Shown here: one piece after another, positions 20,019 through 30,654 of the stretch
How the letters are laid out: the number at the start of each line of letters is the position of its first letter
How positions within the stretch are numbered: position 1 is the first letter of the stretch
Source of the DNA: Omnitrophica WOR_2 bacterium GWF2_43_52
Lineage (GTDB): Bacteria > Omnitrophota > Gorgyraeia > Gygaellales > UBA12090
Direction: 5' to 3'
Assembly (NCBI GenBank): GCA_001805445.1
Contig: MHGF01000034.1
Span: 33,929-97,928, forward strand
DNA length: 64,000 nucleotides
Program-made: the position numbers and the translations under genes
Notes under the pieces: model-generated
What the model was told of the DNA's origin: nothing
What the model saw: only the letters and a program-made list of their open reading frames with translations
Databases searched by the model: none

Positions 20019-21251
20019 CTAGCCTCCTCCTTTCATTACCGAAATCATTTCCCAGAGCGGCAGGAATATCGCAAGGCACATGGTCATAACAACGATACCG
20101 AGCGTCGCGGTCATAATCGGCTCAATCAAACCGGTGAGGCCTTTAACCGCGGCTTTGACTTCCAGGCTAAAATACTCGCATACCGAATCAAGCATCGTTG
20201 GTAACGATCCGCTTCTTTCGCCGACGGAAATCATGAATCCGACGATGCGGGGGAAATATTTGCTGCTAAGTACCGCCGTGGAAATGCCTTTCCCGTCAGC
20301 CAGGGCCTGTTTCATTGTGGCAATTTCCTGGGATAAGACCACATTACCGATAGTCAGGCCGACGATATCCATGGTTTTGAGTACCGGCAGGCCCGCTTGG
20401 TAAAGGACGCTCAGCATTGAAGTGAAACGCTGCATCGTAATTTTGGTGTAAATTTCACCGATCAGGGGAGTTTTAAATTTAAGGCCGTCCCACCAAAACC
20501 GGCCTTTTTTGGTATTGATATGATGGTTGAACATAAAGAAGCCGCCGATACAGGAAGGGATAAGAAGATACCAATAGTGCTTCATAATGGTGCTGATAAG
20601 GATCATAATCTGGGTCGGCAGGGGAAGTTTCATCTTAGCGTCAATATAAATTTTAGCAAACTGCGGAACGACAAAAATAGAAAGGACAAATACCGCTATC
20701 ACCAAGGCAATCATAACCATAATGGGATAACGCATCGCCTCATTGATTTTGGCGCGGGTTTCAAAATCATCTTCAAGCATACGCGAAAGCTTGGCAAGGA
20801 CGGTTTCCAGGACGCCCGCGCTTTCTCCGGCGACAATGGTATTGACGTAAAGTTCGTTAAAGACATTAGGATGGCGCATCATTGCCTGGGAAAGGCTAAT
20901 GCCGCCTTTGACTTCGTTGACAATATTTTGGAGCGCCTGTTTTAAGGCAATGTCCTCGGTTTGCTCGGATAATACCGTCAGCCCGTCGACGATAGGAATG
21001 CCGGCCTTGATAATGGTTGAGAATTGGCGGGAAAATATAATAATTGATTGGGTGCTTGCTTTCCCCGCCTTTTTTACCGCTGTTTCGGAAACCTGCTTGG
21101 TTTTTACGGTTTTAAAGCTTATGCTTATACTGATAGGCATGTACCCTATCTTGGCAAGATGGGTGGTTACTTCCATTTCGTTGGCAGCTTCTAATTCGCC
21201 TTTTACCAGTTTACCGCCTGCGTCTGCCGCTTTATAAAGGTAGAGGGGCAT
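20019..21251 (-). CDS. PilC/GspF/MshG-family platform protein (second copy)
   Basis: Two T2SS-F repeats, 410 aa; paralog of the 7764..8972 product. Confidence 0.85.
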   Translation of the reverse strand: MPLYLYKAADAGGKLVKGELEAANEMEVTTHLAKIGYMPISISISFKTVKTKQVSETAVKKAGKASTQSIIIFSRQFSTIIKAGIPIVDGLTVLSEQTEDIALKQALQNIVNEVKGGISLSQAMMRHPNVFNELYVNTIVAGESAGVLETVLAKLSRMLEDDFETRAKINEAMRYPIMVMIALVIAVFVLSIFVVPQFAKIYIDAKMKLPLPTQIMILISTIMKHYWYLLIPSCIGGFFMFNHHINTKKGRFWWDGLKFKTPLIGEIYTKITMQRFTSMLSVLYQAGLPVLKTMDIVGLTIGNVVLSQEIATMKQALADGKGISTAVLSSKYFPRIVGFMISVGERSGSLPTMLDSVCEYFSLEVKAAVKGLTGLIEPIMTATLGIVVMTMCLAIFLPLWEMISVMKGGG

Positions 21252-21315
21252 GTATAGTGTGTAAGTTTATAAGTGTAAAGTGAGTAAGTATATAGGTATA
21301 AAGTGTGTGCATTTT

Positions 21316-22146
21316 TCAGCTTAGATTAAAATCCTTGATTACCGAACTTACTAAGGCGGCATCAACCGTTTCCGCTTTTTGCGCGAAGCCGGACATCAAG
21401 GCAAAATCGCAGAGGGTGTTGATGCGCCGGGGAATACCCCCCGAATATTGAAACACCGCCTTTAACGCGTCTTTATTAAAAACAGGGTTTCCAGATTCCG
21501 GCCGTCCCGCGACCTTAAGGCGGTGGCTGATATATTTATCCACATCTTCCTCAGAGAGCGGCCCGAGTGAACAGCGTATCGCTACCCGCTGGTCCAGCGG
21601 CTTATTGTTCTCTACCTTCTCCTTTAATTCCGGTTGGCCAAAAAGCAGGAGGGTTAAGAGAAATTTGTTCTCCATCTGGAAATTTAAAATCATGCGTAAT
21701 TGTTCAAATAATTTCGCGTCTTCTATGGTGTGCGTCTCATCGATAATGACGATATTTTCTTTTCCGTCCCGCGCGTTATCTACGAGAATGGCGTTAAGTT
21801 TTTCTAAGAGTGAGTCGGCAAGCAAATCGCTTTTTTTATCCGGCAGAGGCTGAGGGCTTAAGCCCCGCACTATAGCCCTCAGTAATTCAGCCGGTTCGCT
21901 ATATGAGGGGCTGGAAACAAAGGCGGAACGCACCTTATCTTTACCCAAATCATTGAGCAGGGCCTTGCCCAAAAGCGTTTTCCCGCAGCCAAAGACTCCC
22001 ATAAGCATGCCGCAGCCTAACCCCTGGGTAACGCAATAGCTGAGCTTCATAATCGCGTCTTCATGCTGGGCGGATAAATACAGGTACCGCGGGTCAGGCG
22101 TATTTTGAAAAGGTTTTTCCTTAAACTGCCAGTGTTGTTCGTACAT
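21316..22146 (-). CDS. ExeA/MshM-like AAA ATPase
   Basis: Walker A GVFGCGKTLLGKAL; sits in the MshM position of an msh-like operon. Confidence 0.6.
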   Translation of the reverse strand: MYEQHWQFKEKPFQNTPDPRYLYLSAQHEDAIMKLSYCVTQGLGCGMLMGVFGCGKTLLGKALLNDLGKDKVRSAFVSSPSYSEPAELLRAIVRGLSPQPLPDKKSDLLADSLLEKLNAILVDNARDGKENIVIIDETHTIEDAKLFEQLRMILNFQMENKFLLTLLLFGQPELKEKVENNKPLDQRVAIRCSLGPLSEEDVDKYISHRLKVAGRPESGNPVFNKDALKAVFQYSGGIPRRINTLCDFALMSGFAQKAETVDAALVSSVIKDFNLS

Positions 22147-22198
22147 TAAATGAGCACACAGCTTACGGAACGTAGTGAACGTAAGTTGTTGTGCGAAT

Positions 22199-24019
22199 TT
22201 ACTTCTTTCTGCTGAGCCAATTCGCTACGCGTTTTTGGTATTCCTCAAAATCGGTAGTTTTGACGTCTACTTTTTCGCTTCCCGCGGCTATCGGCGCCTG
22301 AGCGCCTCGTGTTAAAGGCTCAACCTTTACCTCATGAGAGGGTTTGAGTTCAATATGCTCTTCGCAGACCCTGGCGATTTCTTCGATGGTCGTCATGCCT
22401 TTTAAGGCTTTGGCAACGCCGTCTTCAGCCAAAAGGAGCATTCCTTTCTCCTGGGCTTTTTTACGCAGTACCATGGTAGAGGCTTCAGCGATAATCAATT
22501 CGCGCAATTCATCGTCAAGCACCATTAATTCAAATACCCCCAGCCTTCCTTTATAACCGGTCCCTTTACATTTATCGCAGCCTTTTCCCCGGTAAAGCTT
22601 AATGCCTTCCTTGCCTTTGAGCCCCCATTTGTCTAAAAGCGCCTTTGACGGCTCATAGGTTTCTTTGCAATCGGAGCAGATGAGCCGTATCAGGCGCTGC
22701 GCCATAATACCCATTAAGCTCGCGGAGATAAGAAACGGCTCTATCCCCATATTGACTAATCGTGTTATTGAAGAGGGCGCGTCATTGGTGTGCAGGGTGG
22801 AAAATACCAAATGGCCGGTAAGCGCTGCTTGTATGGCAATGGTCGCGGTTTCCAGGTCACGGATTTCTCCTACCATGATAACATCGGGGTCCTGCCTGAG
22901 AATCGCGCGTAAACCTCCGGCAAAACTGATGCCTGCCTTGGGGTTTACCTGTATTTGGCGGATGAGCCCTAAGCGGTATTCAACAGGATCCTCGATGGTG
23001 ATAATATTGCGGTCAATGGTATTAATTCTCATAAGCGCCGAATACAGCGTTGTTGTTTTTCCGCTTCCCGTTGGCCCTGTAGAAAGAATAATGCCGTAGG
23101 GCTTCGCGATAAGTTCTTCGTATTTTTTAAGGTGTTCATAGCTGGAAAAGCCTAATTTTTCAAGGCCGATCATGACCGACGCGGTATCCAAAATACGAAG
23201 AACCAGATTTTCTCCATAGATAGTCGGGATAGTCGCGACGCGGAAGTCAATGATTTTATCTTCTGTCTTTGCCTGAAAATGGCCGTCTTGAGGAATCCTG
23301 CTTTCGGCAATATCCATACCCGATAATACCTTGATGCGGGAAATTATCGCCACTTCCCAAGGTTTTGGAGGCGAAGGAATTTCATGGAGGATGCCGTCAA
23401 TCCTGAAGCGTATGCGGGTTAATTCTTGCTCCGGCTCGATATGGATGTCAGAGGCATGGTCCCGTACTGCTTGAGCGAGGATTAAATCCACAAGCTTGAT
23501 AATGGAGGAGCCTTCCGCCATCATTTCTTTAGCCGATGTTTGGGGGCCTCCCTTATGCAAATCGGATAATAAATCAGCGATAGCGGAACGTTCCTCGTAT
23601 ATCCTGTTTAAGGCATCGTTGATTTCCTGGGGGCTTGAAAGCGCGATATCTAAAGGCATGCCGGTTTGCATTTGGATTTGGTCTATAGAGTAGAGGTCAG
23701 TGGGGTCGGCCATGGCAATCTGCAGGGTGCCGTTTACTATTTTTACCGGTACAGCCAGGGTCTGGCGCGCCAAGGCCGCCGGCATAACCTTGGTAAGTTC
23801 TTCGTCGGCTTTATTGAGCCCCTCAAGGCTTAGGTATACAAAACCCAGGTGTTTGGCAATTGCTTCATAGAGAGCGGCCTTGGACAAAAGGCGGTTTTCG
23901 ACAACGATTTTCTCAAGCGGCCGTTTTAATTTTTTAGTTTCTTCAATAGCCTTATTGAGTTCGTCTTGATTAATCAGATTACGTTCAAATAATAAGTTTT
24001 GCAGCTGCTCGTCGTTCAT
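22199..24019 (-). CDS. PilB/GspE/MshE-family secretion ATPase (second copy)
   Basis: GSPII_E_N domain, GPTGSGKTTTLYSAL, CSDCKETYEPS...CDKCKGTGYKGRLGVFE. Confidence 0.9.
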   Translation of the reverse strand: MNDEQLQNLLFERNLINQDELNKAIEETKKLKRPLEKIVVENRLLSKAALYEAIAKHLGFVYLSLEGLNKADEELTKVMPAALARQTLAVPVKIVNGTLQIAMADPTDLYSIDQIQMQTGMPLDIALSSPQEINDALNRIYEERSAIADLLSDLHKGGPQTSAKEMMAEGSSIIKLVDLILAQAVRDHASDIHIEPEQELTRIRFRIDGILHEIPSPPKPWEVAIISRIKVLSGMDIAESRIPQDGHFQAKTEDKIIDFRVATIPTIYGENLVLRILDTASVMIGLEKLGFSSYEHLKKYEELIAKPYGIILSTGPTGSGKTTTLYSALMRINTIDRNIITIEDPVEYRLGLIRQIQVNPKAGISFAGGLRAILRQDPDVIMVGEIRDLETATIAIQAALTGHLVFSTLHTNDAPSSITRLVNMGIEPFLISASLMGIMAQRLIRLICSDCKETYEPSKALLDKWGLKGKEGIKLYRGKGCDKCKGTGYKGRLGVFELMVLDDELRELIIAEASTMVLRKKAQEKGMLLLAEDGVAKALKGMTTIEEIARVCEEHIELKPSHEVKVEPLTRGAQAPIAAGSEKVDVKTTDFEEYQKRVANWLSRKK

Positions 24020-24681
24020 TTAGTCTCAAGCTCTTTTTTTATCTGCCGTACCCACTCCCTAACCTCGTTTCCTGCTTCCTTAGGCGAGATAAATTTAAGG
24101 TAGCGGTTGTAGTAGGTTAAGGCCATTGATTTATCCTTAAGATAGCTTTCATAGAGCACGCCCAAATTATAATAGGCATCAGTATCCTTAGGGTGTAACT
24201 GGATCACTTTCTTCAAAAATTCCGCGGCTATTTTGTATTCACGGGCCTTGAGGTAGAGCATAGCGAGGTTATAATAAAGATTCGGATTTTGCGGAGCGGC
24301 TTCTATGGCTTTGGTGTAAAAGGCAAGAGACGTAGGAAGAAGCGTGTTTTCCGGTTTTTCAATGGCCGTATTCGGCAAAGCCCTTTCGGCTTTTGTTTGA
24401 GCAGGCAGATTTTGAGGCGCGTCCGGAATGTCTGCCGCGGAAACCGGAATATCTGAGGTGCCGGTAAGCAGGAACTGCGCTTTTTTAAAAGATTCGTTAG
24501 CTCCGGTATAGTTACCCTGCTCAAGGAGTTTTTTACCGGCCAGATGATATTCCCGGGATTTTTTGATTTTGTCTTCAGGGGAAATTTCCGCTTCCTGCTG
24601 GCAAAAGCAGTCACTCGCCGCGAAAAGAAAAATGATACCCGCGGTAAAAAACAAAGGCAGTAATTTATTTTTCTGTCGCAT
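24016..24681 (-). CDS. TPR-repeat protein with signal peptide (PilF/MshN-like)
   Basis: TPR-like helices (YYNLAMLYLKAREYKIAAEFLKKVIQL, YYNLGVLYESY). Confidence 0.55.
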   Translation of the reverse strand: MRQKNKLLPLFFTAGIIFLFAASDCFCQQEAEISPEDKIKKSREYHLAGKKLLEQGNYTGANESFKKAQFLLTGTSDIPVSAADIPDAPQNLPAQTKAERALPNTAIEKPENTLLPTSLAFYTKAIEAAPQNPNLYYNLAMLYLKAREYKIAAEFLKKVIQLHPKDTDAYYNLGVLYESYLKDKSMALTYYNRYLKFISPKEAGNEVREWVRQIKKELETK

Positions 24682-26323
24682 TGTTTTGTTCTAAAAGCAT
24701 GGTTTCTTGGTTTGGCGTTTCTTGTCGTGGCGGCTCTGAAGGTTCAGTATCTTTTACCGGAGTAATCTCAAGCTTTATCTTTTTAGTTTCATGGGATAGT
24801 GGTGGTTCAGGAGGTTTTGTGTTTTGTAAGATAGTGGTGATGAGCGAGGCCTGGCCTTCAAGCTCGCTGAGCCTTTGCGTTACCCGGGCAAGCTGTGTTT
24901 TCGCCGTTTCTTTTTCTATTTGTACTGCTACATTTTGTTCCCGCAACAGGGCGCTTTCCCTTTCCAGTTCTTTAGCCCGAGCCTGAACTTCGGACAGTTT
25001 ATAGTGGGCATCAACCTGTTTTTCTTCGGCAGACAAAATTCTGTTTGCGCGTTTTCCCAGCTCAATTTCATTGTTGGAGAGGGTTTCTTTTACGGCGGTG
25101 TAGGCATTCTGCAGCTGGGCGTAGGCATCAGTAAGCTGGGTAAGCTGCTTCTGAAGCGCCGCAGCCTCATTTTGCAGTTTTTGGGTATTAGTAAGTGAAT
25201 TTCGCGCGTCGGCCAAGCTTTTTACCAAAACTTGTTTTTCCTCATCCGTGTTTGCTAAGTGCCTTTGCGAGGATTCCTGCAGGTTTTTTAAGGATGCGTT
25301 ATAGTGCGTGGTAAGCGTTTCTTTTTCTTTCTCAAAAGCCGCAAGCCGGCGTTGCGCCTCGTTGACGGTTTTTTCTAAACGCGTGTTTTCTCTTGCGAGA
25401 GCGGCATTTGCTTGCGCGAGTTCCGCGCGCACGTTTTCCAAGCCGGTAATTTTCTTGTCGAGGCCCTCGCGATCCTGCCGCATTTTCTTAAGTTCTTCAG
25501 GTATGTTGAGCGCATCTGTTTTTGATGGTTGATTTTTCTGAGCCTTAGCCGCGGCCTGATTCTCTAATTCCTGGATACGAGTTTCTTTTTGGGAAAGCAT
25601 AGCCTGCAAATTTTCCGCCCTTTGCTTAGAGGAGGCATTTTCTTTAAGGGAAAGCGGTGCTTGGGAATCTAGGGCGTCTAATTTTTTATGTATATCCTTC
25701 AGGATATGCTTAAGCTCATTTTTTTTAGGGCCGGTAGCCGAAGACTGATCAAGCGATGATTCAATAGCTGTAATTTTCTGTCGGAGAGGCTGGGTTGCCG
25801 TAACTTCTGCTTTTGCCTGAGCGAGTTCTTTTAAGAGCGATTGTTGTTGTTGGGCAAGCACACGCTGTTGATCGAGAAGGGATTGTTTTTGCTCAACCAG
25901 CGATTGTTGCTGGGCAACCAGCGATTGTTGTTGAGCGTTCGCATCGTTTAAGGCTTGTTCCAGGCGTACCCGCTCTTTTTTTTCTTCTTGCAATGAGCCG
26001 TCGATTTTTCGGTTGATCTGTACAATGGCCTGAAAGGAATCTTTTAGCTGCTCGAGTTGCCGCGTCGTTTCGGCGGCTTCCTGAGGCTTTATGTGGGTTG
26101 TGCGAATAGTCTTTTTACGCGCAGGGCTGCCAAGGTATGCCAGTACTATAGCGCTAAAGATAAGCGCCAAAAGAACAAACAACAGGGTTTTTTTATCTTT
26201 CATAATGCGAGGCCTTATGATTTTACCGGAAGGGGCATTATTTTTAGCTGTCTCGGGAGACTCCGGTACGAAAGCGGCATTTTGTTCTTTGTGTTCGATA
26301 TCGTCCATCGAGGTATTCCTCAT
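24665..26323 (-). CDS. membrane-anchored long coiled-coil protein (Q-rich heptads)
   Basis: TM segment LLFVLLALIFSAIVLAYLG followed by ~450 aa of coiled coil (QQQSLVAQQQSLVEQKQSLLDQQRVLAQQQQSLL). No recognisable catalytic domain. Confidence 0.4.
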   Translation of the reverse strand: MRNTSMDDIEHKEQNAAFVPESPETAKNNAPSGKIIRPRIMKDKKTLLFVLLALIFSAIVLAYLGSPARKKTIRTTHIKPQEAAETTRQLEQLKDSFQAIVQINRKIDGSLQEEKKERVRLEQALNDANAQQQSLVAQQQSLVEQKQSLLDQQRVLAQQQQSLLKELAQAKAEVTATQPLRQKITAIESSLDQSSATGPKKNELKHILKDIHKKLDALDSQAPLSLKENASSKQRAENLQAMLSQKETRIQELENQAAAKAQKNQPSKTDALNIPEELKKMRQDREGLDKKITGLENVRAELAQANAALARENTRLEKTVNEAQRRLAAFEKEKETLTTHYNASLKNLQESSQRHLANTDEEKQVLVKSLADARNSLTNTQKLQNEAAALQKQLTQLTDAYAQLQNAYTAVKETLSNNEIELGKRANRILSAEEKQVDAHYKLSEVQARAKELERESALLREQNVAVQIEKETAKTQLARVTQRLSELEGQASLITTILQNTKPPEPPLSHETKKIKLEITPVKDTEPSEPPRQETPNQETMLLEQNNATEK

Positions 26324-27732
26324 TTTATTGCCCGGAGATCCATTTTAAGCGGCCGCGCCGGCGAAGTGACAATATTGCTCTCATACGCCAGGAGCTGTTC
26401 ATCGGTATCTTTAATTATACGGGCGGTAACGAAAATTAGCAAGTCTGTTTTTTCCTGCGGGTTTGAGCTTGAGCCAACCTCTTTTCGGCTGAAGAAAAAG
26501 CCAAGAAGAGGAATATCCCCCAAGAAAGGAACCTTGCTTACTTTTGTAAATGATTCATCTTTAACCAAGCCGCCGATTACCACGGTTTGTCCGTCACGAA
26601 TGAGCACTTCGGTTTCTACGGTTCTCGTTGAAGTAATAGGCGCGGCGTCTTCGCCCTCGATCTTTATAAAATCGCTAATGCTGCTTACCGCGGGTTTAAG
26701 CTTTAATTTAATATGGCCATCAGGCGAGATTTGCGGAGTGACTTCTAATTCTACGCCGACCTTTTTATCTTCGGACCATCCGGTAATCTCCATTTTTCCC
26801 GTAGTATCATTTCTTTCATAAACTGGAATGGGGACATCTTTGCCTACGTGGATGAGCGCTTTTTGATTATTAAGGGTAACGACTCGCGGATTGGCGATGA
26901 GTTTCGTATCGTTACGGTTCTTCAAGAAATCCAGGATCAATTTTAAAGAGCTTGCATCAAGGGTTCCAAGGGTAAAATCACCTTTAACCGCGGTAGGAAA
27001 ACCATAGGGATGGCCAGTAGGGAAATCGGAGCCCGATGCCGGATTCGGCGGGAAGACATTTTCCATCCACCCTCTGTCTCCCTTGGGAGAAAACGGTAAT
27101 GTCATTGGCCTTTTAGCGCCGCTGGCACTCAAGGTTGTGGTCCAGTCTATGCCTAATTTATCGCTTCTGGTTAATGAGGTTTCGATAAGCTTGGTTTCAA
27201 TCAAAACCTGAAGCGTAAGCCCGTCAAGGGTGGGGAGTATTTCGGCAACTTTATTGATAACTGAGAGGATATCGGTAACAATAATAGAATTAGAACGGGA
27301 GTCCGCTTCAATAGAGCCGTCAGGAGTTAAGACTTTGGAAAGGGTCCCTTTCAAGGTCATAGCATCCGCGTTATTGAGCCGGAATAATTTAGTTTGTTTG
27401 CCTTCACGTTCTGCTTCGTCGGGAGTCGTTACCTTAATCACATTGTCTTTTTTGGCGTAGACAAAACCGTTAACCGTAATAATGGAATCAAGCGCCTCTT
27501 CAATAGAAACATTGCTCAGCTGGACGGTAACCAGGCCGCTTACTTTTTCGGAGAAGACGATGTTAAGGTTATACTGCTTGCTGAGCTGGCGCAGCACGTC
27601 TTTGATATCAAGCTCACGGAATTCCAACGATTCAATGATGTTGTCTTCGCCGGTTGCCTGCTGGCTATGAGTAAACGCCGCAGGTAAGAGCAGCGCGTAG
27701 ATGAATGCAGCTACTACCGCATACTTTTTCAC
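26320..27732 (-). CDS. secretin (GspD/PilQ/MshL-family), second copy
   Basis: Signal peptide, N-domains, secretin core VVIGGLVKDE...VPFLGDIPLLGFFF. Confidence 0.85.
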   Translation of the reverse strand: MKKYAVVAAFIYALLLPAAFTHSQQATGEDNIIESLEFRELDIKDVLRQLSKQYNLNIVFSEKVSGLVTVQLSNVSIEEALDSIITVNGFVYAKKDNVIKVTTPDEAEREGKQTKLFRLNNADAMTLKGTLSKVLTPDGSIEADSRSNSIIVTDILSVINKVAEILPTLDGLTLQVLIETKLIETSLTRSDKLGIDWTTTLSASGAKRPMTLPFSPKGDRGWMENVFPPNPASGSDFPTGHPYGFPTAVKGDFTLGTLDASSLKLILDFLKNRNDTKLIANPRVVTLNNQKALIHVGKDVPIPVYERNDTTGKMEITGWSEDKKVGVELEVTPQISPDGHIKLKLKPAVSSISDFIKIEGEDAAPITSTRTVETEVLIRDGQTVVIGGLVKDESFTKVSKVPFLGDIPLLGFFFSRKEVGSSSNPQEKTDLLIFVTARIIKDTDEQLLAYESNIVTSPARPLKMDLRAIK

Positions 27733-27765
27733 CTTTTCACCTCGTTTTGTATTTACTTCAATAGG

Positions 27766-28239
27766 TTATTCTTCAGGCAAAGTTATGTAAAAACTCTGCT
27801 CGCCTTTACGTAAGAGTACCTTGTCTTTTTCGATTTCCACCACTTCATACGCTCCCAAGGTGTCTCCCTGCTTGACAATCTCAGTATTGATAAAGGCCAA
27901 TGCTTTTTTATCTTTACCCACTGAAATGCCTTTTAGTTCAAGATGGGCTTTTTGGAATTCCTGGCTTACCTTCAGCGCGCTGAAAGGGTTTCTTCCCCAG
28001 GCTATTTGAGCGCGCTCTTTTTGCAGGGTGTCCATTTTTTTGGCCGCGTTTTCGTCTTTAACTTCCGGCATAGGGGCAGCCTTTGGCAAGCCTTGCGGTT
28101 GCGCGGGTTTTATCGCCTCTTCCGGGGCCTCGGCAACAGGCTTTTTTTTTGCCTTTCCTTTGAGGCTCCCAACAACGAGTAACGCCAAGACGCCAATAAG
28201 TACTGCGGTAATGACAATTTCCGTTTGTTGCTTGCTCAT
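27766..28239 (-). CDS. PilP-like protein (TM anchor plus PilP-type beta domain)
   Basis: C-terminal ALAFINTEIVKQGDTLGAYEVVEIEKDKVLLRKGEQSFYITL parallels that of the 16142..16597 product. Confidence 0.45.
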   Translation of the reverse strand: MSKQQTEIVITAVLIGVLALLVVGSLKGKAKKKPVAEAPEEAIKPAQPQGLPKAAPMPEVKDENAAKKMDTLQKERAQIAWGRNPFSALKVSQEFQKAHLELKGISVGKDKKALAFINTEIVKQGDTLGAYEVVEIEKDKVLLRKGEQSFYITLPEE

Positions 28240-28862
28240 ATCTCTACCACCGTAAAGGTGCTGATTAAAAGCGCTGCCACGAGTTTTTCTTCTTGCTCAG
28301 CGGTTTTATTAAAAGGTTTTTCTGCCGCAACGGATTCTTGGGAGGTGTCAGTTTTTTCCATGGTTAAACGCTCGATGATAAAGGTATTGGGCAGCTCGCT
28401 TAAGGCCTTGGTGTATTCGGCGATAGCTTGATAAGAGCCGCTTAAGATAAGTTCGATATATACTTTATTTACTCCCGGCGGCAGGATCTCGGCGCCTAAA
28501 GGTATATCCTGGCGCGGCTTGATGGAAATAACGGTAGCGTTCAATTTATTTGCCGGAAGCGCCAATAACTGGATAAGCCTCGGGATTTGGCGGCTCGTTG
28601 CCCCCATTTCTTTTAATTCCTCCGCCTTTTTTTCTATTTCTTCGCTTGCCTTTTGAGGGTTTGGAAAGCGCCGGATAAGCTCTTCTGCTTCTTTAAGCTT
28701 ATCCTGAGAAAGGGTAAATTCAGCCTTGAGTTTCTCTTGGTATTTCATGATCGGCGTGCGGATAAAAAAATAAGCAAGGGCCAAAACAATAACGCACATA
28801 ATAGCGGTAAGAGCTACTTGTATCATTTTATTCGTTTTTATTCGCGCGATAAAGGCTACCAT
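28236..28862 (-). CDS. PilO/MshJ-like bitopic protein
   Basis: Single TM, coiled coil, C-terminal domain; positioned between PilM/N-like and PilP-like genes. Confidence 0.45.
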   Translation of the reverse strand: MVAFIARIKTNKMIQVALTAIMCVIVLALAYFFIRTPIMKYQEKLKAEFTLSQDKLKEAEELIRRFPNPQKASEEIEKKAEELKEMGATSRQIPRLIQLLALPANKLNATVISIKPRQDIPLGAEILPPGVNKVYIELILSGSYQAIAEYTKALSELPNTFIIERLTMEKTDTSQESVAAEKPFNKTAEQEEKLVAALLISTFTVVEI

Positions 28863-28866
28863 AGAA

Positions 28867-30654
28867 TTAATACGTTAAGAGGCAGACAATTTCAAAGCTT
28901 GCCGTGGGAATTGCCGAATACATATCCTGTTTGGTTTTTTCCGGGACCTGGCGCACCTGCTCAAAAAACGGGGAGTCTTCAAGGGTCAGCACATACTGTG
29001 ATAGTTCCAGGTCCACGATGGTATATTTCGCCGATATTTTTCCCTCAATATGCATTTCCTTGGTGTTGACAACGGTTATTTTTGAAAAGACGACTTCCTC
29101 GGGCGTTATCGTGCCTAATTCCTTAAACGCCCCCCACCACAGCGGCTGATGGCTGCTGGTTTGCTCTAAAAGCTTTTTTCTCTGCTCGAGTTTTATATAG
29201 GTGTCGCGGTACTCGCGCGCCTTTGCCACAATGGGTTCTAATTGGCGCAACTGGATATTAATGCTATTAACGGAAGCCTTGTGTTTACGCGCATTCTTGA
29301 GAAGAATCCCGTAATACAACATGCTTAAGCCAAGGATTATCGGAACGACGATTTTTAATATGGTAATAAGAAAAAAGGCTTGCTGCTCTATTTTTTCCTT
29401 GAGCGGGAGAAGATTGATTTTAGCCCCTTTCCCCAGGCAAAGGCCAAAAGCAGCCGCCAGATGCGGCACTGCCTGCTCCATCATTAATTCCTGCCTGTAG
29501 ATGCCGGTATCTTTCCAGCCCTTGACCGCCTTTAAGGCATCGAGATTCTCAATCTTTTTTAATTCCTTTAAATTATCGAGAAAAAATTTATTGATATTCT
29601 TAAGGCGCGATGAGCCTCCGGTAAGAAATAATTCCTCTATCGCGCTCGCCTTGAAGGTAGAGGTGTAATAGGCGAGGGTACGGTTAATTTCCATGACCAG
29701 CCGTTCTAAAAGCGAGCGGAGCATTGATGAAATTTGTTCGCCTAGTATGGTGCCGAAATCGGTGAGGAATTCTATCTTTGCTTCTTCCGCGGAAGGGATG
29801 CCGCATTGGCGTTTAATCTTTTCCGCGTCTTCCTGGCTTATGGTGACGCTGCCGCTGGGAGTAGTTATGGTCCTGGCCAAGGCGCCGGTAAGATGGTCTC
29901 CGCCGACGGGTATTTCACGGGAAAAACTCAAGATACCGCCTTTATAGAAATTAAGCGTAGAGCTGTTTGCCCCCATATCCAGAATGGCTATGGATTTTTG
30001 GGGATTGATTTTTACGCAGTGAGAAAGCAGGTTACCGATGGCATCAGGGATAACGCAGAGGCCAAGCGGCCTTAGCCGCATGTCTTTTAAAAGCTGGACC
30101 TGTTCCTCAAGGGTGAAACGGTCGCAGGCAATACAGGTTACCTGGAGAATGGTGATGCCCTTTTCATCGCGCTGCTGGCCGGTAACAAAAAAATCAAAAG
30201 AAATCGTATCTAAATTAAGCTGAAACGGCAGGCGTTTTTTTAACTCCATACTGACCGCCCCGCGCAGGTCTTTTTTGTTTAACAAAGGGACATTGAGCGA
30301 AAAGATAAAAACGCCTTTACCCCAGATGGCTAAACGGCCAAGAGTGGTTTTTATCCGCGAGTTTTTAATGAATTCCTTGATAAATTCCTGAATAATCCTT
30401 TTTTTCTCGGCAGGATTGTCTTTTATCGAGCGGGGGATCGCGCGGGTAATATAATTGGCAATCAGGTAGCCTTTCGCGGTTTTCTGAAGCTGGACTATTT
30501 TAAAGGTATTTGAGCCGATATCAATACCGATGATATTCTGGGTCGCGCTAAAAAAGCTTGTGATGGGGGAAAGAATCGCTCCGAGAGAAAATTTTACCGC
30601 GGGCTTAGCGGCGGACGGATGGGCTTTTGCTTCCGTGGCATTTGGGCTATCCAT
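28867..30654 (-). CDS. PilM-like actin-fold ATPase fused to PilN-like domain (MshI-like)
   Basis: IIGIDIGSNTFKIVQLQ (PilM), then TM FFLITILKIVVPIILGLSMLYYGILL and a periplasmic domain; 595 aa. Confidence 0.7.
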   Translation of the reverse strand: MDSPNATEAKAHPSAAKPAVKFSLGAILSPITSFFSATQNIIGIDIGSNTFKIVQLQKTAKGYLIANYITRAIPRSIKDNPAEKKRIIQEFIKEFIKNSRIKTTLGRLAIWGKGVFIFSLNVPLLNKKDLRGAVSMELKKRLPFQLNLDTISFDFFVTGQQRDEKGITILQVTCIACDRFTLEEQVQLLKDMRLRPLGLCVIPDAIGNLLSHCVKINPQKSIAILDMGANSSTLNFYKGGILSFSREIPVGGDHLTGALARTITTPSGSVTISQEDAEKIKRQCGIPSAEEAKIEFLTDFGTILGEQISSMLRSLLERLVMEINRTLAYYTSTFKASAIEELFLTGGSSRLKNINKFFLDNLKELKKIENLDALKAVKGWKDTGIYRQELMMEQAVPHLAAAFGLCLGKGAKINLLPLKEKIEQQAFFLITILKIVVPIILGLSMLYYGILLKNARKHKASVNSINIQLRQLEPIVAKAREYRDTYIKLEQRKKLLEQTSSHQPLWWGAFKELGTITPEEVVFSKITVVNTKEMHIEGKISAKYTIVDLELSQYVLTLEDSPFFEQVRQVPEKTKQDMYSAIPTASFEIVCLLTY

